64,000 nucleotides of DNA from a bacterium (GTDB lineage: Bacteria; Patescibacteriota; Minisyncoccia; Phycocordibacterales; UBA2100), in assembly GCA_030647655.1 (NCBI GenBank), contig JAUSJH010000003.1, forward strand, positions 11,013 through 75,012, read 5' to 3'. Below, one piece after another: positions 45,206-54,902 of this stretch. Positions within the stretch are counted from its first letter, which is position 1, and each line of letters begins with the position of its first letter. The translations under genes and the position numbers were made by a program. Below the pieces are notes generated by a model. It was not told where the DNA came from. It ran no database searches and worked only from the letters and a program-made list of their open reading frames with translations.

Positions 45206-47506
45206 ATGATAAGTGGAGTATTATTCGACAGGATTTCACAGTGGAGCATGATACTTCTTATCGGGCTCTTGCCGATTTTCTTTGTGCCAGTGCTCTGGGT
45301 GACGGTCGTGCAGGCCAAATCCGCGCTCGTCGCCGTGCTTCTTGCCATTGCCGCGCTCTCTTGGCTCGTCGCACGGCTCATTGAGGGAAACGTGCGTATT
45401 CCCGCGAGCCTCGTCCTTCTCGCGGGTCTCCTTGTTCCTGTTGCGTACGCTCTCTCGGTCGCGGTTTCGGGGTTGGCGCAGATATCTATCGTTGGCACAG
45501 GTGTCGAGCAAGACACACTTGCGTTTGCCTGCATGTTGTATGCGGCACTCGCACTTTCCGCTCTAATATTCTCGAGCGCTCCGCGGGCAGGTATCTTCGC
45601 AGTGCGCGGGCTCTATATCGGAGCATTTCTGCTCCTCTGTATCAAGGTTGTTTATTTAATAGTCCCGAGCATTAGTTTGGGCAGTATCATTATCCCGCAA
45701 ACTGGGAATATATTTGGTAATTGGCATGAATTTGCGATCGTGCTAGGTTTTTTCATTGTGCTTGGGCTCGGACTTCGACAAAGCGAGCACACCCTCGGAG
45801 TATGGAAATATCTGTTCTATGCGGTGTCTCTCGTATCCGCATCTCTTCTATTCATTGCCAATTTCTCCGACGTGTGGATAGCGGTTGGGCTCGCGTCCCT
45901 CGCAGCGCTCACTTTCGAATTGCTCGAATCGCGTGCTTGGGAAGGACACCTGACTTTCCCGTGGCGCACGCGCGGGCTTTGGATAGCTTTAATCGCGCTC
46001 GCTCTCTTCTCAATTGTCTTCGGCACATTCGTCAACAATGTCCTTCCTGCGCGCATTCGTATCGCCAATTACGAAGTACGTCCATCGTGGCAAGGAACCA
46101 TCGCGATAAGTGAGCTCGCGCTTACGCGTCCGGCTACGCTCTTTTTCGGTGTGGGTCCCAATACCTTTGGACGCGAATGGGGGCTATATAAACCGGCTAG
46201 TGTGAATCAAACTGACTTTTGGGATACAAATTTTAATACAGGCGTCGGAGCTGTCCCCACCTCGTTCGTGACGACTGGTATTATCGGCATTCTTGCATGG
46301 CTCTTCTTTGCCGGAGTACTTATCTATCTCGCCGTTCGTGTACTCATACGACAGGCCAAAGGAGTACCACGTGTATCCGCCGTGTCCGCGTTCGCTATCG
46401 CTTCGGGGTATCTTCTCGCATTCCACGTACTTTATGTGCCGGGGCCGGCGCTCAGCACTCTGCTATTCGTTTGTGCGGGAACTCTCGTCGCCTATACGAC
46501 GCACATCGGACTCACGCACATACGCAATCTTAATATTCGCGGGGAAGGATGGATGAGTGCTTGGCAGACGGCAGGAGTCGTCGTTTTCGGCCTTGCGGTA
46601 CTTGTCGCTGGGTTCGGGATATCACGCGCGATTCTCGCCGAAGTGTTGCTCAATCGAAGCGTCGTTGTCTACAATCAGTCGAAGGATGTGCAGGCCGCTT
46701 CGCGGCTTATTGCACAAGCGCTCTTTATCAACTCGTCGAGCGCGCGCGCAAACCGTACTGGTGTCGAGCTTGGACTTCTCGAACTGCGGGAGCTTAGTGC
46801 AAAAAGTGACCCGAAGGACGAAGCCGCGCGCGCGCAACTGCAAGTAACACTTGAGAAAACCATACAGCACGGATTGAACGCGGTTGCTATCAACGGGGAT
46901 GACTATCAGAATTGGCTCGAACTCGCGGGGCTTTATCAGGAACTTGCAGGTGCGAAGGTCGCTGGGGCGTATGAAAATGCGCGCGCAGCTTATGAGCGCG
47001 CGCGCGCCGAGAATCCATCAAGTCCCATACCGCTCTTTCGGCTGGCGCAACTCGAATTACTTGAAGGTCATACTGATCTCGCGCTCCAAGACCTCGCTCT
47101 TGCGGTGGAATTAAAAACCGATTTTGCGGCCGCTTATTACGCTGCCTCCCAGATTTATGCATCACAGAACAATTTGAAAGACGCGCTCTCTGCCGCGGCA
47201 CGTGCGGCGCAATATGCATCGAATGACACTTTGGCATGGTACAACGCCGGCTCGATTGCCTACGCGGCAAAGGATTATACGAACGCGGTAGTGGCGCTTG
47301 AAAAAGCTCTTGCGCTCGAGCCGAATTATGCGAATGCTTCCTACGTGCTTGGTCTTTCCTATGCACAGCTTGGCCGCACCGCGGACGCTCTCAAGATATT
47401 TGAGGCGCTCAATACATTGAATCCTAATCAACAAGTGGTGCAGCAGGCAATCGCGGATCTGCGCACTGGTAAAAAACCTCCACCAGCTCCCGCAAAGAAG
47501 AATTAG
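45206..47506 (+). CDS. O-antigen ligase (Wzy_C)-like polytopic membrane protein with C-terminal TPR-repeat domain.
   Basis: At least 10 TM helices in the N-terminal 500 aa. C-terminal TPR repeats (AWYNAGSIAYAAKDYTNAVVALEKALALEPNYANASYVLGLSYAQLGRTADALKIFE). Confidence 0.65.
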   Translation: MISGVLFDRISQWSMILLIGLLPIFFVPVLWVTVVQAKSALVAVLLAIAALSWLVARLIEGNVRIPASLVLLAGLLVPVAYALSVAVSGLAQISIVGTGVEQDTLAFACMLYAALALSALIFSSAPRAGIFAVRGLYIGAFLLLCIKVVYLIVPSISLGSIIIPQTGNIFGNWHEFAIVLGFFIVLGLGLRQSEHTLGVWKYLFYAVSLVSASLLFIANFSDVWIAVGLASLAALTFELLESRAWEGHLTFPWRTRGLWIALIALALFSIVFGTFVNNVLPARIRIANYEVRPSWQGTIAISELALTRPATLFFGVGPNTFGREWGLYKPASVNQTDFWDTNFNTGVGAVPTSFVTTGIIGILAWLFFAGVLIYLAVRVLIRQAKGVPRVSAVSAFAIASGYLLAFHVLYVPGPALSTLLFVCAGTLVAYTTHIGLTHIRNLNIRGEGWMSAWQTAGVVVFGLAVLVAGFGISRAILAEVLLNRSVVVYNQSKDVQAASRLIAQALFINSSSARANRTGVELGLLELRELSAKSDPKDEAARAQLQVTLEKTIQHGLNAVAINGDDYQNWLELAGLYQELAGAKVAGAYENARAAYERARAENPSSPIPLFRLAQLELLEGHTDLALQDLALAVELKTDFAAAYYAASQIYASQNNLKDALSAAARAAQYASNDTLAWYNAGSIAYAAKDYTNAVVALEKALALEPNYANASYVLGLSYAQLGRTADALKIFEALNTLNPNQQVVQQAIADLRTGKKPPPAPAKKN

Positions 47507-47511
47507 CTCGT

Positions 47512-49212
47512 ATGATGAATCGGGCTCTACAGCTTCTCTCATACGAAGTTCGCGGTCTTCATGCCGCCGTGTATATGATAGCGTTCTCGGCACTTCTCTC
47601 ATCCGTCTTGGCATTACTGCGGGATAGGATGTTGGCACATACATTCGGTGCCTCGGCTACTCTCGATGTCTACTATGCCGCGTTCCGCATTCCCGATCTC
47701 ATTTTCGTTGGCACCGCTGCCTTGGTATCTGTGTATGTGCTCATTCCCGCACTCGCACGCCGTAGCACGGAAGAACAGAGTGAATACATCGACACTATAC
47801 TCATCGGGTTTTCTTTTCTCGCAGTACTTCTATCCGGTATCGCGGCCCTGCTCGCTCCTTTCGTTCTTGCACACCTATTTCCGCAACTTAGCGCAGGCGG
47901 ATACCTAGACACCTTGGTCTCTTTGACTCGTATCATGCTCCTCCAACCGATTCTCTTGGGTCTTTCCAACATTCTTGCGGCAATAACACAGACGCGCGGA
48001 CGCTATGCGCTCTATTCGATATCACCGCTCCTCTATAATATCGGGATTATCTGCGGGATCGTTTTCTTCTATCCGCTCTGGGGGCTTCCGGGGCTTGCGC
48101 TGGGGGTTGTTTTGGGAGCTTTCATGCATTTTGGAATACAGGTGCCCTCGGTATTTGCGGACGGATTTTTCCACCGGATACCGCGCATGTGGAATCCGCG
48201 CATGCTCTACGAGACTGCTGCGGTCTCGGTTCCGCGTTCTCTGACACTTTCTATGAATCAGCTCGCTTTCATCGGATTGACCGCGCTTGCCGCGGCGCTC
48301 GCCTCCGGCTCGATTGCAGTCTTTATGTTTGCCTATAATCTGCAGGCTGTCCCTCTTGCGATTATCGGCGCGTCGTACTCTGTCGCGGCGTTCCCGACCT
48401 TGGCCGCGGCACTAGCTCGCGGCGAGCGCAATCTTTTCATCGAACACATCGCGGCTGCGGCCCGATACGTCGTCTTCTGGGCACTTCCGGTAACTGCGCT
48501 CATCATTGTGTTGCGTGCCTACATGGTGCGCGTCGTACTTGGCTCGGGGGCCTTCGATTGGACAGACACGCGACTCACGGCCGCCGCGCTTGCGCTTTTC
48601 GCGCTCTCGCTCACGACACAGGCCATAACGCTTCTCCTTGTCCGTGGCTACTATGCCGCCGGCCGTACATTTGTCCCGTTTCTCGTATCAACTGGTACCG
48701 CAGTTTCAACTGTGGGATTGGGAGCGCTCTTTATCGGGGTATTCCAAAATGAGCTGGTATCGGAGAGTGTTCAGGCACTTTTACGTGTCGTTAATGTGCC
48801 GGGGAGTTCGGTTCTTGCACTAGCATTTGCATACGCAAGCGTTTCAATAATTGGGACTCTCGTTCTAATATTCCATTTTGAACGTCGTTTCGGCGGGTTT
48901 CTCGCATCCGTATGGCGTGCATGGACACATAGCGCTCTTGCCGCATTCGCCGCGGGATGTGGCACGTATATCTTTCTTGTCGTAGTCGGCCCCATCACAT
49001 TCGCCTCCACGACGCTATCGGTCTTTACTCGCGGCTTTGCTGCAGGAGTGTTTGGGATTATAGTCGCAGGACTTGTGTACGCTGCACTCGGCAGTCGTGA
49101 GTACGCGGAGATTGTGGAGTCGATACGCAATCGTTGGGAAGGCGCGCGACCTCCCATACCGCAAAACGCGGTGGTCTCGTCTGAAGAGGCGGGTCCCGCA
49201 AGTCCCCAGTAA
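47512..49212 (+). CDS. murJ: Lipid II flippase MurJ (MviN family).
   Basis: 14-TM MOP-superfamily protein with the typical N-terminus (ASATLDVYYAAFRIPDLIF). Confidence 0.85.
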   Translation: MMNRALQLLSYEVRGLHAAVYMIAFSALLSSVLALLRDRMLAHTFGASATLDVYYAAFRIPDLIFVGTAALVSVYVLIPALARRSTEEQSEYIDTILIGFSFLAVLLSGIAALLAPFVLAHLFPQLSAGGYLDTLVSLTRIMLLQPILLGLSNILAAITQTRGRYALYSISPLLYNIGIICGIVFFYPLWGLPGLALGVVLGAFMHFGIQVPSVFADGFFHRIPRMWNPRMLYETAAVSVPRSLTLSMNQLAFIGLTALAAALASGSIAVFMFAYNLQAVPLAIIGASYSVAAFPTLAAALARGERNLFIEHIAAAARYVVFWALPVTALIIVLRAYMVRVVLGSGAFDWTDTRLTAAALALFALSLTTQAITLLLVRGYYAAGRTFVPFLVSTGTAVSTVGLGALFIGVFQNELVSESVQALLRVVNVPGSSVLALAFAYASVSIIGTLVLIFHFERRFGGFLASVWRAWTHSALAAFAAGCGTYIFLVVVGPITFASTTLSVFTRGFAAGVFGIIVAGLVYAALGSREYAEIVESIRNRWEGARPPIPQNAVVSSEEAGPASPQ

Positions 49213-49218
49213 TAATTC

Positions 49219-51003
49219 ATGGCCCATCACATCAGGAATTTTTCCATAATCGCGCATATAGATCACGGCAAGTCAACGCTCGCGGATCGCATGCTTGAGC
49301 TGACCGGCACCATAGAGCCGAGGCGCATGCAAGAGCAGGTCCTCGATCGTATGGAATTGGAGCGCGAACGGGGAATAACAATAAAAATGCAACCGGTCCG
49401 CATGCGCTGGATGTGTGCTGGAGAGGAATACATTCTCAATCTTATCGACACACCAGGGCACGTCGATTTTTCATATGAAGTCTCGCGCGCATTGAGCGCC
49501 GTGGAGGGCGTCCTGCTTCTAGTTGATGCTACACAGGGGGTTGAAGCGCAGACGCTCTCCGTTCTTTCGGTGGCGCGAGAACTTAATCTCACTATCTTAC
49601 CGGTCGTATCAAAGATAGATGCGCCAAATGCGCGGGTTCCAGACATAACGACCGAGCTCGCGCGGCTTATCAATTGTCCTGAGTCGAGTGTCTTACATGC
49701 CTCGGGTAAAACCGGGGAAGGGGTCGCCGATATACTGGACGCTATCGTCGAAAGGGTGCCTGCTCCGCAACCGAAAGCCGCGGGCGTTCAGTGCCTCGTT
49801 TTTGATTTCGGCTACTCGGATCATCGAGGTGTCATCATTTTCATGCGCGTCTTTAGCGGGCGCATCGCCAAAGGAGATGGTCTGCGGCTTGTTGCAACGG
49901 GCGCTGACTTTGTCGTTCTTGAAGTTGGCACGCTCGCGCCCGAAGAAAGGCCTTGTCCCGAGCTTGTCGAGGGAGAGATCGGCTACATCGTCACCGGTAT
50001 CAAAAAGCCTGGGGTCGCTCGCGTGGGTGACACGGTGACCACGTCGCGTAATCCAGCCGCAGCTCTCGGCGGGTATCAGAGCCCGACACCGGTCATCTGG
50101 GCAAGTGTGTACCCAGAAAGCCAAGACGACCTGCCGCTCTTGCGGCAATCTCTGGAGCGATTACGGCTTTCCGACTCATCACTTTCGTACGAAGAGGAAT
50201 CTTCCGGTGTTATGGGTAAAGGGTTCCGCTGCGGATTCCTAGGCATGCTCCATTTGGAGATTGTGGTCGAACGCTTGCGGCGTGAGTTCAACCTCGCGCT
50301 TGTCGTTACGATGCCGACTACGGTATATGAAGTGACGCGGACGGACAAACGAGTGGAAAACGTATACTCCCCCGCACGATTTCCAGATGACGGTACGACA
50401 ACGTCGGTCCGCGAGCTCTGGGTAGATATATTTGTCATGACGCCGCCCGAATATCTCGGCGCGGTGAGTCAACTTCTCTATGAACACGAGGGAGTGGTGG
50501 GTGATACCGAGACACTGCTTGATGGCAAAGCAAGGGTCGGGGCAAAAATGCCACTACGTGAACTAATGCGAGGATTTTTCGACCGCTTGAAGAGTGTTTC
50601 GAGCGGCTACGCGTCGCTCTCCTATGAGCTTATAGGATTGCGGCCGGCGGATGTTGTGCGGCTCGACGTTCTAGTGGCCGAAGAGCTCGTTCCCGCGTTC
50701 GCCCGCATCGTGTCGCGCAGGCGAGTCCAGCATGAGGCTGAGGCAATGGTGGAGCGGCTCGAGAAATTGTTGCCGAGACAGATGTTCGAATTGAAAATAC
50801 AGGCCAAAGTTGGCAGTCGCATTCTGGCCTCACGTCGCAAATCGGCGATGAAGAAGGACGTCACACAGCATATGTATGGCGGCGACATCACCCGCAAGAT
50901 GAAGCTCCGTGAGAAACAAAAGAAGGGCAAGAAAAAAATGCTTGCGCGCGGCAAAGTAGACATCCCGCACGACGTTTTCCTGAAGGTTGTGAAAGAAAGC
51001 TAG
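49219..51003 (+). CDS. lepA: Elongation factor 4 (LepA).
   Basis: IRNFSIIAHIDHGKSTLADR, DTPGHVDF and the LepA-specific C-terminal domain. 594 aa. Confidence 0.95.
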   Translation: MAHHIRNFSIIAHIDHGKSTLADRMLELTGTIEPRRMQEQVLDRMELERERGITIKMQPVRMRWMCAGEEYILNLIDTPGHVDFSYEVSRALSAVEGVLLLVDATQGVEAQTLSVLSVARELNLTILPVVSKIDAPNARVPDITTELARLINCPESSVLHASGKTGEGVADILDAIVERVPAPQPKAAGVQCLVFDFGYSDHRGVIIFMRVFSGRIAKGDGLRLVATGADFVVLEVGTLAPEERPCPELVEGEIGYIVTGIKKPGVARVGDTVTTSRNPAAALGGYQSPTPVIWASVYPESQDDLPLLRQSLERLRLSDSSLSYEEESSGVMGKGFRCGFLGMLHLEIVVERLRREFNLALVVTMPTTVYEVTRTDKRVENVYSPARFPDDGTTTSVRELWVDIFVMTPPEYLGAVSQLLYEHEGVVGDTETLLDGKARVGAKMPLRELMRGFFDRLKSVSSGYASLSYELIGLRPADVVRLDVLVAEELVPAFARIVSRRRVQHEAEAMVERLEKLLPRQMFELKIQAKVGSRILASRRKSAMKKDVTQHMYGGDITRKMKLREKQKKGKKKMLARGKVDIPHDVFLKVVKES

Positions 51004-51171
51004 CCCCGCCTAGGAAGTGAGCAAACTCGCAAGCCACTCGGGGAGTCCTGGTGCGAAGAAAACAACCATGCCGAACGATATGAGGATAGCAACCACACTC
51101 CAGACCCATTGGAGTACCTTTCTGGTGCGCTTGTGAAAAAGAAAACTCATAGACTTCGTTCGGGAAATACT

Positions 51172-51246
51172 TCTTGCCGTCGCTATCTGCGGCTACTGCC
51201 GCAGCGCTCGGTCTCGGCCCCGTCGGGCCTGCGAAGCCGGCAAGAA
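51172..51246 (+). repeat. Copy 2 of the 75-nt structured intergenic repeat (first copy at 22144-22218).
   Basis: Same core sequence. Outer stem TCTTGCCG/CGGCAAGA versus TTTTTCCG/CGGAAAAA in copy 1. Confidence 0.5.
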
Positions 51247-51288
51247 ACATTTCCACTCACTTCGTTAGTGTAATGCTAAGATTACCCG

Positions 51289-51660
51289 ATGGCAATACGC
51301 CAACGCAATGACCCTGTTCGTCTTTTCGGTAAGCGCCTGCTTCTCGTGGCGCTCTTCGTGGGCGTCATTGTCGCCATCGGAGGTGCGTGGAGTGCATACA
51401 AGAAGGAACGGGAATCCCGCGCGTTGCGCGTGGAAGCAGAGGCACAGCTTCGTGACTTTTCCGAGCGGCAAGCGCAGTTGGATTCAGATATAGCGAATTT
51501 GCAAACCGATCGCGGCATGGAGGGTGTGTTGCGCGAACAGTACGCGCTTGCCGCTCGCGGTGAGAAGCTCATCGTCATCGTCGAGCCCCAGAAGCCGGAG
51601 CCTATCGAAGCCCCTCCCTCGGTCCTGCAGTGGCTTCACAGGGTTTTTCCTTGGTGGTAG
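51289..51660 (+). CDS. Septum-formation initiator family protein (FtsB/DivIC-like).
   Basis: Short N-terminal cytoplasmic tail, one TM helix (LLLVALFVGVIVAIGGAW), then a coiled coil (RALRVEAEAQLRDFSERQAQLDSDIANLQTD). About 120 aa. Confidence 0.5.
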   Translation: MAIRQRNDPVRLFGKRLLLVALFVGVIVAIGGAWSAYKKERESRALRVEAEAQLRDFSERQAQLDSDIANLQTDRGMEGVLREQYALAARGEKLIVIVEPQKPEPIEAPPSVLQWLHRVFPWW

Positions 51661-51802
51661 GTGACCCCGCCCGAAGAGGGTGCCCGAAGGGGCCGAATGT
51701 CGGCCACCGCCGATATGAGGCGGGTCAGGCACGCACAAGCATGTGCGGGCCGCCTCGCTTGGGTGCTGGAATTCTGATAAATTTCATGTACACGGAGCGA
51801 AT

Positions 51803-51873
51803 GCGGGATTAGTTTAGTGGCAGAACGACTGCTTCCCAAGCAGTAAATACGAGTTCGATTCTCGTATCCCGCA
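51803..51873 (+). tRNA. tRNA-Gly (anticodon CCC); CCA not encoded.
   Basis: Acceptor GCGGGAT/ATCCCGC. Anticodon stem-loop ACTGC-TTCCCAA-GCAGT. T-arm ACGAG-TTCGATT-CTCGT. Confidence 0.8.
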
Positions 51874-52179
51874 CTAGAGATATTTCTTTCCGTACGCGCG
51901 CATTGCATCAACAACTTTTTGGAAAGCGACGCCTTTTTGAGTGGGCCGGTAATCAACGCGATTACCGAGCCTACGGGACTGGTGTCGGGAGACAAGCCCA
52001 GCCTCCTCGAGCTTTTTGAGCTTAAGTGTGAGAGTCCGGGAGCTAACGCCTGCGAGCGCAAGCTCGAGGTCGGTGAATCGTCGGGGTTTTTCGAGAAGAT
52101 CCCTCAAGATGATGATACTGACCGAATCGCCTACGAGATCGGCGACCTTGGCGATAGGGCAGGACCGGCACAGCACCAT
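51874..52179 (-). CDS. HxlR-family (DUF24) winged-helix transcriptional regulator.
   Basis: CPIAKVADLVGDSVSIIILRDLL...RFTDLE...GVSSRTLTLKLKKLEEAGLV matches the HxlR fold. Confidence 0.75.
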   Translation of the reverse strand: MVLCRSCPIAKVADLVGDSVSIIILRDLLEKPRRFTDLELALAGVSSRTLTLKLKKLEEAGLVSRHQSRRLGNRVDYRPTQKGVAFQKVVDAMRAYGKKYL

Positions 52180-52295
52180 TCGTTGACGTGAAGTTCTGAG
52201 CATTATGCATAGGCTACCACGCCCACGTCAACTTTACAAAGTAAAGTGTTGGGTCCATACTGTACGTCCTATAGAATAATTATTTCCAGATTTTT

Positions 52296-52889
52296 ATGGC
52301 AGACGCACTCAAATTGAAAGTCATTCTTGGAAGTACCCGTCCGGGTCGTTTTAGTGAGAAAGCGTCGGCGTGGATAATGGAACTCCTCAAGAATCATACT
52401 GAATTCGATACCGAAGTCCTCGACCTTCGTGATTATCCGATGCCGTATTACGAGGAGGCCGGATCACCATCGCAGATCAAACTCGGTGCTGACCACGGAA
52501 AAGATGTCGTGAACGCGTGGGCACGAAAAATCGAGGAAGCCGATGTATACCTAATCATCACGCCTGAGTACAACCACGGCTATTCGGCCGTTCTCAAGAA
52601 TGCGATGGATTACATATATGCCCCGTGGAACAACAAGGCAGTCGCATTCCTAAGTTATGGAAGTGTAGGCGGCGGGCGCTCTGTCGAGCAACTTCGTGAA
52701 GTCGCGGTGGAACTCCAAATGGCGCCCATCCGGCAGGCTGTGCACATCCAAGCTCCATGGATGCTCCGAGACGAAAAGGGGGAACTGAAAGCTGGAGTTC
52801 TGGACTCTTACAAAGACAGCGCTGAGGGGATGCTCAAGCAGCTTGCATGGTGGGCGCAGATTCTCAAAGTGGGGAGAGCAACGGTTTAG
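52296..52889 (+). CDS. NAD(P)H-dependent FMN reductase (flavodoxin-like fold, SsuE/chromate-reductase type).
   Basis: KVILGSTRPGRFSEK...IITPEYNHGYSAVLKNAMDY motif set. Divergently placed from the HxlR regulator. Confidence 0.8.
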   Translation: MADALKLKVILGSTRPGRFSEKASAWIMELLKNHTEFDTEVLDLRDYPMPYYEEAGSPSQIKLGADHGKDVVNAWARKIEEADVYLIITPEYNHGYSAVLKNAMDYIYAPWNNKAVAFLSYGSVGGGRSVEQLREVAVELQMAPIRQAVHIQAPWMLRDEKGELKAGVLDSYKDSAEGMLKQLAWWAQILKVGRATV

Positions 52890-52926
52890 CATCGTGATAT
52901 ACTAATCGTCCTTAATAAATAAGAGC

Positions 52927-53178
52927 ATGACGAGTATGGCCACCGCACAACAAGTTTCAATTTATACGACGCCCACGTGCCACTTTTGTCATGCGGCAAA
53001 GGAATTTTTCACCGCCAACAAGGTGAATTATGCAGAATACAACGTTGCCTCGGACCTCGAGAAGCGCAAAGAGATGATAGAGAAGAGCGGCCAGATGGGA
53101 GTTCCCGTCATCACGGTAGGGAGCGATCTCGTTGTCGGTTTCGACGAAAAGCGTTTGCGCGAACTTCTCGCGGTCTAA
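52927..53178 (+). CDS. Glutaredoxin-like protein (NrdH/Grx family).
   Basis: VSIYTTPTCHFCHAAKEFF CxxC motif, followed by GVPVITVG (conserved pattern). Confidence 0.75.
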   Translation: MTSMATAQQVSIYTTPTCHFCHAAKEFFTANKVNYAEYNVASDLEKRKEMIEKSGQMGVPVITVGSDLVVGFDEKRLRELLAV

Positions 53179-53209
53179 CTATTCCCTCTGTGTGATAAAG
53201 TGCCGTTGA

Positions 53210-53282
53210 GCCCTCGTAGTTCAATGGATTAGAACAGTCCCGTCCTAAGGGATCGATAGAGGTCCGATTCCTCTCGAGGGCA
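53210..53282 (+). tRNA. tRNA-Arg (anticodon CCU, tentative); CCA not encoded.
   Basis: Acceptor GCCCTCG/CGAGGGC. D-arm GTTC-AATGGATTA-GAAC. Anticodon loop GTCCTAA. T-arm AGAGG-TCCGATT-CCTCT. Anticodon assignment is less certain than the fold. Confidence 0.7.
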
Positions 53283-53350
53283 ACGGGTTCCTGCTTGCCC
53301 GTCTGAAGCTTTAGCGGAGTAGGGGCGAGGGCGTAAGTTATACTTGTCGG

Positions 53351-53863
53351 ATGAGTAAAGGTAGCCGCGTGGGACTTGCTGTTGCGGTCGGACTTTTCGT
53401 ATTGCTTGAAATCGTCCTGTATAAAATGCAGGGGATATCATTCACCACCACGCTCCTCCATGGTAGCTCGATGCCGGTCGTCGTGTTTGTTTGCGGATGC
53501 ATCATCGGTATGGCTTGGGACTATCTCGGACTCTTGGCGCTCCGTTGGTGGCGCTATCCGCCCGCGGAGAGGCATCCGTGGCTCCTTATCGTTCTCCCGC
53601 TTTTTTGGGGTATTTTTATGTTGGTCATGCAAGATGCCTACGCCATCGCACGTGTGATGGGGCTTGGGGAAATTTCAGCGTTGCTCGTCTCCACGATAAT
53701 TCTTGGGATCATCATGGAAGGCGCGAACCTTTATACTCGCTCGTGGATATACCTTGGGTCCGCAACATCGATCCCATTCCTTATCTTCGGTTGGATCGTC
53801 GGACTCGGATTCGCATACGTAATTGGTTTCAACGCCTTTATCCTAAACCCATTCGGGTTTTGA
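53351..53863 (+). CDS. Polytopic membrane protein, hypothetical.
   Basis: Five predicted TM helices; ATG start. Confidence 0.4.
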   Translation: MSKGSRVGLAVAVGLFVLLEIVLYKMQGISFTTTLLHGSSMPVVVFVCGCIIGMAWDYLGLLALRWWRYPPAERHPWLLIVLPLFWGIFMLVMQDAYAIARVMGLGEISALLVSTIILGIIMEGANLYTRSWIYLGSATSIPFLIFGWIVGLGFAYVIGFNAFILNPFGF

Positions 53864-53884
53864 GGAGAATGGTACAATAGCGCC

Positions 53885-54202
53885 ATGGATACGAATCCCA
53901 TTCAAGGGCAACAGCAGGAGATATACAAGCTCGTGCGGGAGAACAACAAAATGCTCCATGCAATGCGCCGCAACGCTTTTTGGGGCGGAATCATCAAATT
54001 CTTACTCTATACGGGGCTTTTTATCGTTTTGCCGTTCTGGCTGTACATGACCTACCTTGCTCCGATGCTTCAAAGCACGATGCAGGCCGTGAATCAGATA
54101 CAGGGAACCGGCGCCAAAGCGCAAGCGCAGTTCGGAAGTTTTCAGGAAATGCTGAAGCAGTTCGAAACAATGTTCCCAAAAATCGGCAAAACGAATCAGT
54201 AG
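53885..54202 (+). CDS. Small membrane protein, hypothetical.
   Basis: One or two TM helices (FWGGIIKFLLYTGLFIVLPFWLYMTYLAP). Confidence 0.35.
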   Translation: MDTNPIQGQQQEIYKLVRENNKMLHAMRRNAFWGGIIKFLLYTGLFIVLPFWLYMTYLAPMLQSTMQAVNQIQGTGAKAQAQFGSFQEMLKQFETMFPKIGKTNQ

Positions 54203-54216
54203 CAATAGGAGTATCT

Positions 54217-54292
54217 TGGTGCTTGGGCCCGGGATCGAACCGGGGACCTCATCCTCTTCAGGGACGCGCTCTACCAACTGAGCTACCCAAGC
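54217..54292 (-). tRNA. tRNA-Phe (anticodon GAA); 3' CCA encoded.
   Basis: Minus-strand acceptor GCTTGGG/CCCAAGC. D-arm GCTCAGTTGGTAGAGC. Anticodon loop CTGAAGA. T-arm CCCGG-TTCGATC-CCGGG. Ends ...ACCA. Confidence 0.85.
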
Positions 54293-54323
54293 TTCGTGAA
54301 CACTTTATCATGCCCGACTTTCT

Positions 54324-54899
54324 TTAGAAACCGAGTGTGTAGGTCATCGCATTTCTGCTCTCGGCGAGCCACTTTGAAGTGTCGAGCCTCACTTCGTGCG
54401 TCTTGCCAAGCTCTTTGTATTTGACCGAGCTATTGGCGAGCGCATAGTCGAATATTTTTTTCGTTATCTCGACGTCTTTGAGGCAGTACTCGCGCACCTT
54501 CTCTATCTCACCCGCGCGCCACCACTGAAGCGACTGCGCGCCGCTTGCACTTTTCTTCTCACCCAGCGTCCCCTCGGCGATGGCGTCTAGCTTGAGTCGG
54601 CGCCCGAGGATTGCGTGGACTTCGTGCATGATATCGAGGCTTTTTATCCGAGTAAGGTCTCCGGGGTAGTATTTATTGAGAAGCGGGACATCGAAGTGAT
54701 TTGAGTTGTAGCCTACAAGAAGATCGGTGCGCTCAAGGACATTCCATAAGCTGTGCAGTTCGTTTTCGAGATAGCTCGAATATGTGTCCGTCTCCGAATC
54801 GTGAATGCAGACTAGCGCTATGGTGAGGTCGGCCGGATCGCCGGAGCCGGTATCCGACATCCAATTTGCCGTCTCGATATCAAATACGACCGTGCGCAT
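54324..54899 (-). CDS. DEDD-family 3'-5' exonuclease (DnaQ/RNase T-like).
   Basis: Exo I motif VVFDIETAN, Exo II-like HNSNHFDVPLL, Exo III-like YCLKDVEIT. Confidence 0.6.
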   Translation of the reverse strand: MRTVVFDIETANWMSDTGSGDPADLTIALVCIHDSETDTYSSYLENELHSLWNVLERTDLLVGYNSNHFDVPLLNKYYPGDLTRIKSLDIMHEVHAILGRRLKLDAIAEGTLGEKKSASGAQSLQWWRAGEIEKVREYCLKDVEITKKIFDYALANSSVKYKELGKTHEVRLDTSKWLAESRNAMTYTLGF

Positions 54900-54902
54900 A
54901 TA

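Noticed and set aside
44821-45534. Track ORFs 44821-45111 (+, 96 aa) and 45124-45534 (-, 136 aa).
   Set aside because: They overlap the RNase P RNA gene (and, for the second, the start of the O-antigen-ligase gene). The RNA signatures are strong, so these are treated as spurious.
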